Notes: generated from the letters alone by a model not told the origin. Counted from the stretch's first letter, positions 21,753-32,465 are shown. The stretch: 64,000 nucleotides of DNA from Thermodesulfobacteriota bacterium (GCA_963675595.2 CAXXLZ010000002.1:512001-576000), one strand, 5' to 3'. A program made the numbers and translations.

Positions 21753-22766
21753 ATGACTCGAATCACCCTGCTGGCGGAACCTGATTGCGTGTTCTCCGGG
21801 TTGTCCGCCGCCGTCGAATTCTTCAAACTCTGCAATCTCTATTTGTCCTACCCGAACATCGAAACGCCCCAAACCCACTTTCGTGCCGAAATCGTGACTT
21901 CCAAGGGACGGGAGGTGCCGTCGTTCGGGGGCATTCCCATTCCGGCTTCCGGGTCCATCCAAGACGTGCGACAAACGGATCTCATTCTGATCCCGTCCTT
22001 TCAACCGACCCTGGAGCTTCTGTATGAGATATCCCGGGACGTGTTGGAATGGATTCGATACCACTACGAACGTGGAGCCAGGATCGGGGCCGTGAGCGCC
22101 GGCGCCTTCCTGCTGGCGGAGACGGGCCTGCTCAACGGAAGGATCGCCACCACCAACTGGCTCTTTCTCAGACAATTCAAGACCCGGTATCCGGAGATCA
22201 AGCTGAAACCACAGCGAATCATCACGGAAGACAAAGGGTTGATCTGCACCTCGTCCAACAACTATACCGCCGACCTCTGCGCCTATTTTCTCCGGAACGT
22301 CGGCTATCAGGAGTTGGCCGCACAATTTTCCAAGGGTATGATGCTCCACCCCAACTGGGATCAGGAGTCTCCATGGACCATTTTCGAGGTCCAGAAAAAA
22401 CACCATGATCACAAGATCCTTGAGGCTCAGCAATGGATGGAGGACAACTATTCCCGAATCCGATCCATCGACGCCGTTGCCGACCGTTGTTCCATAAGTC
22501 CGCGTCACTTCAAACGGCGCTTCAAAGAAGCCACAGGGGATTCTCCTCTGAACTATCTGCAACGGCTTCGTCTGGAAGTCGCCAAATACAGGCTCGAAAC
22601 CACGAGGGACGCCTTTCACGACATCACCTGGCTCGTCGGGTACGAGGACATGAACTCTTTCCGAAGGTTGTTCAGGAAACATACCGGTTTGTCGCCCAAA
22701 GAATACCGAATGAGGTTTTCCAACATTATCGACAGCCCCCCTTTCGGATCGGGGGACTCATGGTGA
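21753..22766 (+). CDS. GlxA/FtrA-type AraC regulator (DJ-1-like + HTH)
   Basis: GAFLLAETGLLNGRIATT, SPRHFKRRFK, VGYEDMNSFRRLF; divergent from the DUF362 gene. Confidence 0.9.
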   Translation: MTRITLLAEPDCVFSGLSAAVEFFKLCNLYLSYPNIETPQTHFRAEIVTSKGREVPSFGGIPIPASGSIQDVRQTDLILIPSFQPTLELLYEISRDVLEWIRYHYERGARIGAVSAGAFLLAETGLLNGRIATTNWLFLRQFKTRYPEIKLKPQRIITEDKGLICTSSNNYTADLCAYFLRNVGYQELAAQFSKGMMLHPNWDQESPWTIFEVQKKHHDHKILEAQQWMEDNYSRIRSIDAVADRCSISPRHFKRRFKEATGDSPLNYLQRLRLEVAKYRLETTRDAFHDITWLVGYEDMNSFRRLFRKHTGLSPKEYRMRFSNIIDSPPFGSGDSW

Positions 22767-23079
22767 GCATTCAGAGGGTATCCGAGGGATACCCTCCAAA
22801 CTTCTTGCGGTATTTTGATGAGTTGTACGGTACATACTGCGCGTCTCGCGAATTCCGTAGGCGATTCGCAGGAGCGAAACGGGGTCCGTCCCTTTCGGGG
22901 GGAGGCCGAACTTGGGAGCTTCCTTGCCGGTTCAGCGGATGTAAAGACCGTTGGGAATGAGCGAGGAATCCTGATTCTTCCTCAGCCTCTTCGCCGAAGG
23001 CGGTGAGGCCCGTCCAACGTGCTTTGGGAGGGAGTTCCGGGGAGGACTTTCGGGAAAGCCCTCCCCCGTGAATGCTTAC
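22763..23079. repeat. Family A MITE-like element, apparently complete (317 bp)
   Basis: Ends GTGAGCATTCA / TGAATGCTTAC (10 of 11 inverted match); colinear with the reverse complement of 33997-34300. Confidence 0.8.
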
Positions 23080-23269
23080 GACTTGTGAGCAAACTACCGG
23101 GAACGGTCGATCCCGGCCGGAGATTCCGCGCCCGCGCGTCCGATTCCACAATCGAGTACGAGACCCATTGCGCTTGGGCGCACTTCGTGCGAGAATTTTC
23201 CAGCGCCTTAATGACGCCTTTGCTCAAGAACCGTCCCCACCGAATCATCCAATGGAAGGAGTAAACGTT

Positions 23270-23896
23270 ATGCGAATGAAACCATGGTATCCGTGCCTGA
23301 TCCTCCTTGTAGCCCTGGCCTTTGTATCCTGTGCCGCCGCCCCACCCAAGCTCCCCGTGGACAAGCATTCGGTGCCGGCCGGTTCCCAGGTCACCTTCAA
23401 GGGGAAAACCTTTCGCCTGCTTGGAGACCCCGTCTCCGTGGGAGACCCCCTACCCTCCTCCTTGCTCGTGGAATCCAAGGATATGAGTTCCGTGGACCTG
23501 TCCAAGATAAGGGACCGGGTGCTCTTTCTCAGCATCGTCCCTTCCATCGACACCAAGGTGTGTGAAGCTCAGACCCATGTGCTCGCGGAAGAAGGGGACG
23601 AAATGTCGAATATCGTGGAGCGCATTACCGTCAGCCGGGATACCCCCTTCGCTCAAATGCGGTTTGCCGAAGCGGCCGGTCTGGATGATGTTCGATACCT
23701 CTCGGACTACAAACAAGGGACTTTCGGCCGTTCCCTGGGCCTTCTGACCGACGATCTGATGCTGCTCGCACGCGCCGTAGTGCTTGTGGACAAATGGGGC
23801 ATTGTCCGCTACATTCAGGTAGTGCCCGAAATGACCCACCTTCCCGACATGGACGCCGCATTTAAGAAAGCCGCCGAGCTGGCCGTGGAGAAATAG
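23270..23896 (+). CDS. Tpx-like thiol peroxidase, predicted lipoprotein
   Basis: VTFKG, VPSIDTKVC, SRDTPFAQ, LARAV, IQVVPE..HLPD; signal ending AFVSC; AAGGAG RBS. Confidence 0.85.
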   Translation: MRMKPWYPCLILLVALAFVSCAAAPPKLPVDKHSVPAGSQVTFKGKTFRLLGDPVSVGDPLPSSLLVESKDMSSVDLSKIRDRVLFLSIVPSIDTKVCEAQTHVLAEEGDEMSNIVERITVSRDTPFAQMRFAEAAGLDDVRYLSDYKQGTFGRSLGLLTDDLMLLARAVVLVDKWGIVRYIQVVPEMTHLPDMDAAFKKAAELAVEK

Positions 23897-24022
23897 TCGT
23901 TATTCGGGCTCAACGGGGAAATCCTTCCGACGAAGGGTTTCCCGAGCCTTCCCCAAATTGGGGACCCCCGCCTGCGCTCTTCCGCAGTCGTGCCTGGAAC
24001 CTTTCACCGAGGGAGGTTTCTC

Positions 24023-24856
24023 GTGAGACAACACCTCATGCGACTCGCGCTTCTATCCCTGGTCTTAGCGGCGGCGGCATGCGCCCGCCCCGATCACAAT
24101 TCCCTGAACAGCACATTGTGGGTGCAGACTTCCGCCGAATACCGGGCCGTTGCCTTTGAAACCTATCAAACGGCCTGCGACAAGTTGGATGCGGCACTCC
24201 AGGACCGCACACGGACCGCGGCCGTCGAGCAGACGAACGACTATGAAACCCTGCCTCCGGCGGTGGTTCTGGATATCGATGAAACCGTACTGGACAATTC
24301 CGCCTATGAGGCCCGCCTCATCCTGAATCACACGGAATGGAACCCCCGCACTTGGGATGCCTGGATCGCACGCGCGGAGGCTTCCGCCGTTCCGGGCGCG
24401 CTCGAGTTCATCCGGGCGGCCAAGGAAAAAGGCGTCTCCGTGGTGTATATCACCAACAGGGAATGTTCCGAGCGACCGGAGGATTCCTCCCCGTGCCCGC
24501 AGGAGCGAGATACCCTGGAGAACCTGCGCAAGCTGGGGTTTCCCGAACCGGGTCCCGACGACGATATGCTTCTGCAAAACGAACGGGCCGAATGGACCTC
24601 GGAGAAGCAGTCAAGACGCGCCTATGCGGCTGAGACGCATCGGATCCTCATGCTTCTCGGCGACGACCTCGGCGATTTCCTGCCCAACGTCAAAAAGAAC
24701 GTCACCATGGAACAGCGAGCCCGATTGGTGGACGAGTACCGCGCATACTGGGGAGACCGATGGTTCATCCTGCCCAACCCCATGTACGGCTCCTGGGACA
24801 AGATATTGACCGGCTGCAAGGCCCGATATCTTCGAGGATACGATCAACCTGAATAA
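24023..24856 (+). CDS. Class C acid phosphatase / e(P4)-type 5'-nucleotidase lipoprotein
   Basis: LAAAAC lipobox, WVQTSAEY, DIDETVLDNS, ITNR, GDDLGDF, LPNPMYGSW. Confidence 0.9.
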   Translation: MRQHLMRLALLSLVLAAAACARPDHNSLNSTLWVQTSAEYRAVAFETYQTACDKLDAALQDRTRTAAVEQTNDYETLPPAVVLDIDETVLDNSAYEARLILNHTEWNPRTWDAWIARAEASAVPGALEFIRAAKEKGVSVVYITNRECSERPEDSSPCPQERDTLENLRKLGFPEPGPDDDMLLQNERAEWTSEKQSRRAYAAETHRILMLLGDDLGDFLPNVKKNVTMEQRARLVDEYRAYWGDRWFILPNPMYGSWDKILTGCKARYLRGYDQPE

Positions 24857-24900
24857 CATGGGCGGACCTTAGGAACCCTTTGAAAAAATTGGATGATTGC

Positions 24901-25020
24901 AGACCGTTGAAAAGCGATGACATGCAGGGCGGACAAGTCCCGACGAAGGGCGTACCTATAGACACTTTGCAGTGACGAGAAATGAAGCGCAACGCCGCGG
25001 TTCGCGTTTTTCAGCGGTCT
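24901..25020 (-). repeat. Family B ~120-bp MITE-like element
   Basis: AGACCGTTGAAAA.../...TTTTTCAGCGGTCT ends; reverse-complement similarity to 32342-32465. Confidence 0.75.
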
Positions 25021-25063
25021 GTTGGGAACCGCGGAAACGAAACAAAGCTAGGGCGGGGGTACC

Positions 25064-28000
25064 ATGCGATCGTCCGGGAAGACCGTTGCGGCGCTTGCCG
25101 CCGCCGTTTGGATCGGAATCACGGCCGTGTCCGGGGATTTGACCAAAGGGTGGGCCAAAGGGCCCCCAAAGCCTCCGTCAATGAGCCGTGCTCCTTCCGA
25201 CCCTCGGCATGAGGCAATCCGTCCCGAACGCGACACCATCCCGTGGCCGGCGGACCGTCATTTCCCCAACGCCTCCGCGCTCCCATCGGCCCACTCGACG
25301 CTTTCGCCCCCCACTGCAAGCGCAACGCTCCACGATCCACGGAACGCCTGCTTCGTCTTTATCAGCTTCATCCCTCCCCCGAAAGCCCCCGGAAGCCCGT
25401 CAACTCGCACATTGCGTTCCATCGAGGCGGAAATCGCACCCACAGCCCGCATCCAAACGCTCTTCTCGAACCTGATCTCTTCCCGGAAAAAGCCGCTCAT
25501 CACCGTACTCGGCCCCATCGGCCCGCAAGACGCCAAGGGCGCCCCTGCGGAAGGGGCTCCGGCCCACTTCAGCCTTGATGATCCCGGCAAGCGCTCCCGC
25601 CGGCACGGATCACCTTTGCGCCCGGTCCATCTTCTGATCGTCCTTCTGGAATTCCTGGGATTGGGCGCGGGATACCGACTCGCAGGCTCGATCCTGGACA
25701 AAAAGGAGACATTGAACACCCTGAATAGCCTGCTCGAAACCTTGCCGATCCCCATGTTCTACAAAGACACGCAAGGCAGATATCTCGGGTGCAATCGGGC
25801 CTTCGAAACCTTCACAGGCAGGTCGAGGGAAGAAATCGTCGGGAAAACCGTATTCGAGGTAGCGCCGCCCGAGCTGGCCAAAAAATACCGCGCCATGGAT
25901 TTGGCCCTGCTTCAAGAGCCCGGAACACAGGCGTATGAAACCCAATTGCAGGACGCCCGCGGCGAATTCCACCAGGTGATTTTCCACAAAGCCGGTCTGT
26001 TGGACGCCCAGGGCAACATCATGGGACTCATCGGCGCGGTTTTCGACATCACCCAACGCAAGGAGGCCGAGGAAAAGCTCAGAGCCTCGCATCACAGGCT
26101 TCATCAGATCATCGAATTTCTGCCGGACCCCACGTTCGTCATCGACAAAGAGGGCCGCGTGGTGGCTTGGAATCGAGCCATTGAAGAGCTGACCGGTGTC
26201 AGGGCCGAGGACATGCTGGGCAAGGGAAATTACGAGTACGCCATCCCGTTTTACAGAAGACGCCGACCCGTCATGATCGATCTGGTAATATCCGACGACC
26301 ACTCCCTGGACCACATGTATGCCTATGTGACACGGGACGAGGGGCATTATGAATCCGAATCCTTCATTCCTCATCTGAGACCCGGGGGCGCTTATCTCTA
26401 TAATACGGCCAGGGCCCTCTATGACGCCGAGGGGAACCTGATGGGGGCCATCGAATCGATCCGGGACATCACCGAACAGAAAAGAGCCCATGCGGCCTTG
26501 GAGGAATCCCGAAGACAACTTGCCGAAATCATAGACGCCTTGCCGGATCCCTGTTTCGTCATCGATGCGGGGGGGCGGGTTGCCGCCTGGAACCGCGCCA
26601 TGGAAGACCTCACCGGCATCGGCGCCGAATCCATGATCGGAAAAGGCGACTACGAATACAGTCTTCCTTTCTACGGCGAACGGAGGCCCATCCTCATTGA
26701 TCTGGCCTTATCGCGTCACGAAGACTATCAAGACAAATACATCTCAATTACCAGGAGAGAGGATGGGGTGCTGGCCTCCGAGTCTTTTCATCCCAACCTT
26801 AAAGGGGGCATCTACCTGGCGGGCACGGCCCGAGTACTCCGGAACGCCCGTGGACAGACTCAATGGGCCATTGAAAGCCTCCGGGACATCACCTCGGTCA
26901 AGCAGGCCGAAATCGCCACGGAGGCTGCGCGAAAGGCGGCGGAGGAGGCCGACCGCGCCAAAGGTGATTTCCTGGCCAACATGAGCCACGAGATTCGCAC
27001 GCCCCTCAACGGGGTCATCGGCATGACAACGCTTCTCCTGGATTCGGATCTCACCGACCGTCAACGGCGTTGCGCCGAGATTGTGCGTAACAGCGGGGAA
27101 AGCCTCCTCCACATCATCAACGACATCCTGGATTTTTCCAAAATCGAAGCCGGCAAGCTGGAATTCGAGAAAATCGATTTCGATCTTTACAGCCTCATGG
27201 ACGATTTCGGCGCTACCTTCTCGGTCCGCGCCCACGAGAAAAATCTGGAACTGATCTGCGGCATCGACCCCGATGTACCGGCGCTGCTTCGAGGAGATCC
27301 CGGACGCCTCCGACAGATACTGACCAACCTCACCGGCAACGCCGTCAAATTCACCGAAAAAGGCGAGGTAGCCCTACAGGTTTCAGTTGAAAGAGACCGC
27401 GGCGAATCCCTCGTCTTGGGTTTCACGGTTCAAGACACCGGAATCGGCATTCCGAAAGACAGGGTGGTGTCGATTTTCGAGAAGTTCACTCAGGCCGATG
27501 CCGGCACCACGCGCCGGTACGGGGGTACGGGTCTGGGGCTCTCCATTGTCAAGCAACTGGTGGAACACATGGGAGGGCGAATCTGGGTGGAAAGCGAGGA
27601 GGGTCGTGGATCCATTTTCCGCTTCACCCTGCCTTTTTCCAGGCAACCCGAAGAAACCGGATTCACCCTGTTTCCCTCGGCGGATATCCGAGAACTCCGG
27701 GTTCTGGTCGTGGACGATAATGCCACCAATCGTGAAATCCTCACACGGCGCTTGGCCGCATGGGGGATGCGCCCCTCGGGAGCGATGGACGGCCCTACCG
27801 GTCTCGAAGCCCTTTCGCGTGCTCACGAAGAAGGAGACCCGTTCCACATCGTTCTGGTGGATATGCAAATGCCGGGTATGGACGGAGCGGACTTCTGCCG
27901 GGCCGCGAAGGCTCGCCCCCACCTACGAGAGATTCCTCTGGTTCTTCTGGCTTCTCTTGGCGTACGGGGCGAGGCGCGCAAGGTCCGGGAATTGGGTTTC

Positions 28001-28951
28001 GCGGCCTATCTGACCAAACCGGTAAGCCACTCCGACCTTTTTGAAGTGTTGAGTCAACTCCTCAGCGGCAAAGACTTCACAGCCGAATCCTTGATCACAC
28101 GCCACACGGTGCGGGAACTCAGGCGTTTGAAGAAGGCGGTGGGGGCACGCATCCTCGTGGTGGAGGACAACGCCACCAACAGGGAAGTGGTCCTGGGCAT
28201 CCTCGAAAAACTGGGACTCTCGGTTGACGCCGCGGAAAACGGCCTGGAAGCTCTGGAACATGTCAAATCCGCGCCTTATGATCTCGTCCTGATGGACGTA
28301 CAAATGCCCCTTATGGACGGACTCACGGCCACGCGCAAAATTCGGGAATCGGATTTCGATCAAAAAGACCTGCCCATCATCGCCATGACCGCACACGCCT
28401 TTTCCGCCGATCGCGAAAAATGCCTGGAAGCGGGAATGACCGATTATATCTCCAAACCGGTTTCGCCGCGGGGGTTGGCGGAGGTTCTGAGCCGTTGGCT
28501 GCCGGGCGGCCCCGATGTCGAAGCGCCGGATCCGGGCCCGACGCCGAGCGACACGACCCGAACGCTTGATTCATCCCCCGACCCTGCGATTTTCGATCCG
28601 ACCACTTTCATGGAACGGGTGCTGGATGATGAAACCCTCGGAAGGCGGGTCATCGACGCGTTTCTGGACGATATGCCTCGACGGATGGAAGCTCTGAAAG
28701 AATCCATCGAGAAGAAAGACGCCGAGGAAACGGCAAGGCGAGCCCATACCATCAAAGGGGCCGCATCCAACGTTTGTGCTGAAACCGCGGTCTCCCCGGC
28801 CGCAAGGATTGAACAGGCCGCAGAGGCTGAAGACTGGCCGTCGGTGGAATCCCTTGTTGTTCGTCTGGAAGCCGCTCATAAAACCGTTAGGGAAGCCTTG
28901 GAAGCCTTTCTCAGGGAACTGGAAGACCAACCAAAGGGAAAAGATTCATGA
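25064..28951 (+). CDS. Hybrid sensor histidine kinase (3 PAS, HisKA, HATPase, 2 REC, Hpt)
   Basis: [42 protein letters not shown], two receivers, AHTIKGAA; start uncertain. Confidence 0.92.
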   Translation: MRSSGKTVAALAAAVWIGITAVSGDLTKGWAKGPPKPPSMSRAPSDPRHEAIRPERDTIPWPADRHFPNASALPSAHSTLSPPTASATLHDPRNACFVFISFIPPPKAPGSPSTRTLRSIEAEIAPTARIQTLFSNLISSRKKPLITVLGPIGPQDAKGAPAEGAPAHFSLDDPGKRSRRHGSPLRPVHLLIVLLEFLGLGAGYRLAGSILDKKETLNTLNSLLETLPIPMFYKDTQGRYLGCNRAFETFTGRSREEIVGKTVFEVAPPELAKKYRAMDLALLQEPGTQAYETQLQDARGEFHQVIFHKAGLLDAQGNIMGLIGAVFDITQRKEAEEKLRASHHRLHQIIEFLPDPTFVIDKEGRVVAWNRAIEELTGVRAEDMLGKGNYEYAIPFYRRRRPVMIDLVISDDHSLDHMYAYVTRDEGHYESESFIPHLRPGGAYLYNTARALYDAEGNLMGAIESIRDITEQKRAHAALEESRRQLAEIIDALPDPCFVIDAGGRVAAWNRAMEDLTGIGAESMIGKGDYEYSLPFYGERRPILIDLALSRHEDYQDKYISITRREDGVLASESFHPNLKGGIYLAGTARVLRNARGQTQWAIESLRDITSVKQAEIATEAARKAAEEADRAKGDFLANMSHEIRTPLNGVIGMTTLLLDSDLTDRQRRCAEIVRNSGESLLHIINDILDFSKIEAGKLEFEKIDFDLYSLMDDFGATFSVRAHEKNLELICGIDPDVPALLRGDPGRLRQILTNLTGNAVKFTEKGEVALQVSVERDRGESLVLGFTVQDTGIGIPKDRVVSIFEKFTQADAGTTRRYGGTGLGLSIVKQLVEHMGGRIWVESEEGRGSIFRFTLPFSRQPEETGFTLFPSADIRELRVLVVDDNATNREILTRRLAAWGMRPSGAMDGPTGLEALSRAHEEGDPFHIVLVDMQMPGMDGADFCRAAKARPHLREIPLVLLASLGVRGEARKVRELGFAAYLTKPVSHSDLFEVLSQLLSGKDFTAESLITRHTVRELRRLKKAVGARILVVEDNATNREVVLGILEKLGLSVDAAENGLEALEHVKSAPYDLVLMDVQMPLMDGLTATRKIRESDFDQKDLPIIAMTAHAFSADREKCLEAGMTDYISKPVSPRGLAEVLSRWLPGGPDVEAPDPGPTPSDTTRTLDSSPDPAIFDPTTFMERVLDDETLGRRVIDAFLDDMPRRMEALKESIEKKDAEETARRAHTIKGAASNVCAETAVSPAARIEQAAEAEDWPSVESLVVRLEAAHKTVREALEAFLRELEDQPKGKDS

Positions 28952-29559
28952 GAGTGCTGATCGCCGAAGATGATTCGACTTCCCGGGTCCTGCTCAGCGG
29001 GGCATTGGAGAAATGGGGATACGATCCCCTGGAAACCGCCGACGGCAACACGGCCTGGAGCATCTTGTGCCGGCCGGACGCTCCTTCCCTGGCTATCCTG
29101 GATTGGATCATGCCCAGGATGGACGGCATGGAGGTGTTACGCCGCGTCCGGGAGCTCGATACGGAGAACCCTCCTTATATCGTAATCCTGACCAGCAAGA
29201 AGGGGAAGAAAGATATTATCGCCGCGCTGGACGCCGGAGCCAACGATTACCTGATCAAACCCTTCGATCCTGATGAGCTTCGCGCCCGTGTCCAGGTGGG
29301 GCGCAGGATGATCGAGCTGCAAGAGGCCCTTACCGCCAAGATTACGGAACTGCGCCGAGCCCTCGATCAAATCAGAACCCTCCGAGGCATCGTGCCCATC
29401 TGTATGAGCTGCAAGAAGATTCGCGACGATCAGGGCTATTGGAAGCAGGTGGAAGCCTACGTGCGGGACCACACGGAGGCCGAGTTCAGCCACGGCCTCT
29501 GTCCGGAGTGCATGAAAAACATGTATCCCGATTTTGATCCGAACCGCTCCAAAGAATAG
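28948..29559 (+). CDS. Response regulator with C-terminal Cys/His-rich domain
   Basis: LIAEDD, ILDWIMP, KPF; C-terminal PICMSCKKIRDD...FSHGLCPEC; ATGA overlap with the kinase. Confidence 0.9.
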   Translation: MRVLIAEDDSTSRVLLSGALEKWGYDPLETADGNTAWSILCRPDAPSLAILDWIMPRMDGMEVLRRVRELDTENPPYIVILTSKKGKKDIIAALDAGANDYLIKPFDPDELRARVQVGRRMIELQEALTAKITELRRALDQIRTLRGIVPICMSCKKIRDDQGYWKQVEAYVRDHTEAEFSHGLCPECMKNMYPDFDPNRSKE

Positions 29560-29887
29560 CCCAAACCCAAGTCCGGAAGGCCCCTTCCGTTCCCCTTCCG
29601 CCTGGGAGAAGCGAAGCGCACCCCGAATCCACCGCAGGACGAACATCACCGTAACCGATCCAACCCTCTGATTCCGCATCGTTATTTCCCATTTGACATG
29701 CCCGTACATCCGGGAGATAAACGCGTTTTGATAAACCAAATCCGCCCAGAGGCATTTATGATCGACGTCTTCGGCTTTATCTGACGCCTGTTACTTGGCC
29801 GACCGGGTTTGTCGGTCGAAACTCACAAGCCGAAATCCCGCACAACCCGCCTTCGACCCTTCAGTACCAGGCAGGAACAACCCTAGT

Positions 29888-30019
29888 AGACCGTTGAAGG
29901 ACGCCGCTTGCGTCGCTGTGACGTACTTTTTCCAAGTACGCCTCAGTTTTCGGAATTTGTGGGCCTCGCATATCGTCGTTTTTCGATAATCCGCCGGCAT
30001 CCGATCTTTTCAACGGCCT
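29888..30019 (+). repeat. Family B MITE-like element, degenerate
   Basis: AGACCGTTGAA...TTCAACGGCCT ends; internal CGTACTT...AAGTACGCCTCA core. Confidence 0.65.
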
Positions 30020-30169
30020 GAGAGGCGTTCGGATTCCTCTCGCGAGGAGACGGGTACTCGAACGCGGCCCGCCGGGAACCGCTTCGGCGCAGACCGTCGG
30101 GAGCGACGCTGCCGTCCGGCAATGCGCCGGCGGTGCGCCCCGATCCATACACCAATTGAGGAGAACATC

Positions 30170-31447
30170 ATGAGTGAAGACTATCGTTCCATGTGGGCGG
30201 ACCTGGGTTTGGACCTCGCGGCCCACGACGCCTTGCTGGGCGTGTTGGGACAAGCCTACGGGGACCTCTATCTGTCGCAAAAAGACCGCCCGGAAGGAAT
30301 GGGCTACTTCGACTTCGTCATGAGTGAAGTCCACGGCCTCCGCATCAAGGAACTTCTGGATGAGAAGAAAGCGGGCCGCAAGATCATCGGCTCCTACTGC
30401 GTGTTCGTACCCGAAGAAATCGTGCTGGCGGCCAACGCCACCCTGGTGGGACTTTGTTCCGGCGCCGATTTCGCCATGGAGGAAGTGGAAAAGCTGCTCC
30501 CCCGCAACACCTGCGCCCTGATCAAGTCGTCCTTCGGTTTCAAACTCGGCAAGGTCTGTCCCTACTTGGAAAGCGCGGACATGATCGTGGGCGAGAACAC
30601 CTGCGACGGAAAAAAGAAAGCCTACGAATCCCTGGGCAAACTGGTGGATCATCTGTACGTCATGGACCTGCCCCAGGTAAAATCCGACCAGGGTCGCGCC
30701 CTGTTGAAGGCTGAATATCAACGCTTCAAAGCGGCCGCGGAAGCCCTCACCGGCTCCCCCATCACCACGGAATCCCTGAAGGAGGGGATTCGCACGGTGA
30801 ACGCCAAGCGGGCGGCCGTACATCGCCTTTCCACTCTGCGCAAGGCGGACCCGGCCCCCATTTCGGGTCTGGACGCCCTCCTGGTCAACCAGGTGTTCTT
30901 CTACGACAATCCGGCTCGATTCACCGAATCCGTGAACAAGATCTGCGATGAACTGGAAAAGCGCATCGCAGACAAAAAGGGCGTCTTCCCGGAAAAGACG
31001 CCCCGACTCCTGGTTTCGGGCTGCCCCCAAGCGGTGCCCAATTGGAAACTCCCCTATATCGTGGAAACCTCGGGCGCGGTCATCGTGGGTGAAGAATCCT
31101 GTGTGGGGGAACGCGGTACCCGCAACCTCACCGACGAATCAGGCGAAACCGTGGAAGACATGATGGAAGCCATTGTGGACCGTTACTACAAAGTGGATTG
31201 CGCCATCTTCACCCCCAATCCGGACCGCCTGGAACACATCCGGGAAATGTTCTCCGAATACAAGGCCGACGGAGTGATCCACTACGGCCTCCAGTTCTGC
31301 CAACCCTATCTCATGGAATCCATCCCGGTGGAAAACGCCCTGGAAGACGGCAACATCCCCACGCTGCGCCTGGAAACCGACTACAGCATGGAAGACGTGG
31401 GCCAACTCAAAACCCGAATCGAAGCCTTTATCGAGCAATTACGGTAG
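30170..31447 (+). CDS. Double-cubane cluster protein-like reductase (2-hydroxyacyl-CoA dehydratase fold), paralog 1
   Basis: GSYCVFVPEE, GLC, PRNTCALIKS, VCPY, GENTCDGKKK, EESCVGER, DCA, QFC, ETDYS..DVGQLKTRIEAF. Confidence 0.88.
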   Translation: MSEDYRSMWADLGLDLAAHDALLGVLGQAYGDLYLSQKDRPEGMGYFDFVMSEVHGLRIKELLDEKKAGRKIIGSYCVFVPEEIVLAANATLVGLCSGADFAMEEVEKLLPRNTCALIKSSFGFKLGKVCPYLESADMIVGENTCDGKKKAYESLGKLVDHLYVMDLPQVKSDQGRALLKAEYQRFKAAAEALTGSPITTESLKEGIRTVNAKRAAVHRLSTLRKADPAPISGLDALLVNQVFFYDNPARFTESVNKICDELEKRIADKKGVFPEKTPRLLVSGCPQAVPNWKLPYIVETSGAVIVGEESCVGERGTRNLTDESGETVEDMMEAIVDRYYKVDCAIFTPNPDRLEHIREMFSEYKADGVIHYGLQFCQPYLMESIPVENALEDGNIPTLRLETDYSMEDVGQLKTRIEAFIEQLR

Positions 31448-31459
31448 GGACTGCAGAGA

Positions 31460-31550
31460 CTCCGGGGTCCTCCGCCGAAGGCGGGCGACCCCGCTCAAAA
31501 AGTTTGGGGAGGGGCTTGGGGAACCCTTTTTCAAAAGGGTTCCCCAACAA
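31460..31550. repeat. Family A hairpin modules
   Basis: CTCCGCCGAAGGCGG and TTGGGGAACCCTTTTTCAAAAGGGTTCCCCAA. Confidence 0.65.
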
Positions 31551-31579
31551 ACGATAACGAAGCATCTCTTCAGGAGTGC

Positions 31580-32341
31580 ATGTTGACCACACGTTTTGCC
31601 GGAATCGACATCGGTTCGCGCACCATCGAACTGGTGGTGGTGGACGAAGCGGGAACAATCCTCGAAGGCCGCCGGGCGGACACGGGGTTCGACCCGGTGT
31701 CGGAGGCGGAAAACCTGGTCCGTGAGACGTCTTTCGACCGCATCATGGCCACCGGGTACGGCCGCAGTCTTTTCGAAATCTCTTTCGACGCGCCCACGGT
31801 CACGGAGATCAAGGCGCACGCCAGAGGCGCACGCGCCTACTTTCCCGAGGCGCGAACCGTGCTGGACATCGGGGGCCAGGACAGCAAGGCCATCGCCCTG
31901 TTTGACACGGGCAAGGTCAGGAAATTCGAAATGAACGACCGCTGCGCCGCCGGCACGGGAAAATTCCTGGAAATCATGGCCCGCACCCTGGGTTATGACA
32001 TCGAGGAATTCGGTCGGGAAGCCCTGAAGGCGGAACAGGAACTCAATATCTCGAGTATGTGCACGGTGTTCGCCGAATCCGAAGTGGTGTCCCTCATCGC
32101 CAAAGGCCGCAGCCGCCGCGAAATCGCCCTTGGACTGCACGCGAGTGTGCTCCGCCGGGTGGCCGCCATGATTCGAAGGGTTTCCTCGGGCGGAGACATC
32201 GTATTCACCGGAGGCGTGGCTCAAAACCCCTGCATGCGCGCCCTGCTGGCGGAAAAAATGGAATGCGAAGTGCTTCTGCCGCAAGAACCTCAGTTCGTCG
32301 GGGCTTTCGGCGCGGCTTTGCTCGCCATGGAAGCAGCATGA
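31580..32341 (+). CDS. ASKHA ATPase [4Fe-4S] activator (HgdC/BadFG/DCCP-R type)
   Basis: GIDIGSRT, ATGYGR, DIGGQDSK, MNDRCAAGTG, SSMCTVFAESE, FTGGVA. Confidence 0.93.
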   Translation: MLTTRFAGIDIGSRTIELVVVDEAGTILEGRRADTGFDPVSEAENLVRETSFDRIMATGYGRSLFEISFDAPTVTEIKAHARGARAYFPEARTVLDIGGQDSKAIALFDTGKVRKFEMNDRCAAGTGKFLEIMARTLGYDIEEFGREALKAEQELNISSMCTVFAESEVVSLIAKGRSRREIALGLHASVLRRVAAMIRRVSSGGDIVFTGGVAQNPCMRALLAEKMECEVLLPQEPQFVGAFGAALLAMEAA

Positions 32342-32465
32342 AAGACTGGTGAAAAACGCGATCTGCGGTGTTGCGCTTCCTCCCTCGTCACTGCGGCGTA
32401 CTTCTATGTACGCCTCACTCCTCGGGACTCGCGCGCCTTGCATCTCATCGTTTTTCACCAGTCTT
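32342..32465 (+). repeat. Family B MITE-like element, best-preserved copy (124 bp)
   Basis: Perfect 17-bp TIR AAGACTGGTGAAAAACG; internal GGCGTAC-TTCTAT-GTACGCC hairpin. Confidence 0.85.
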
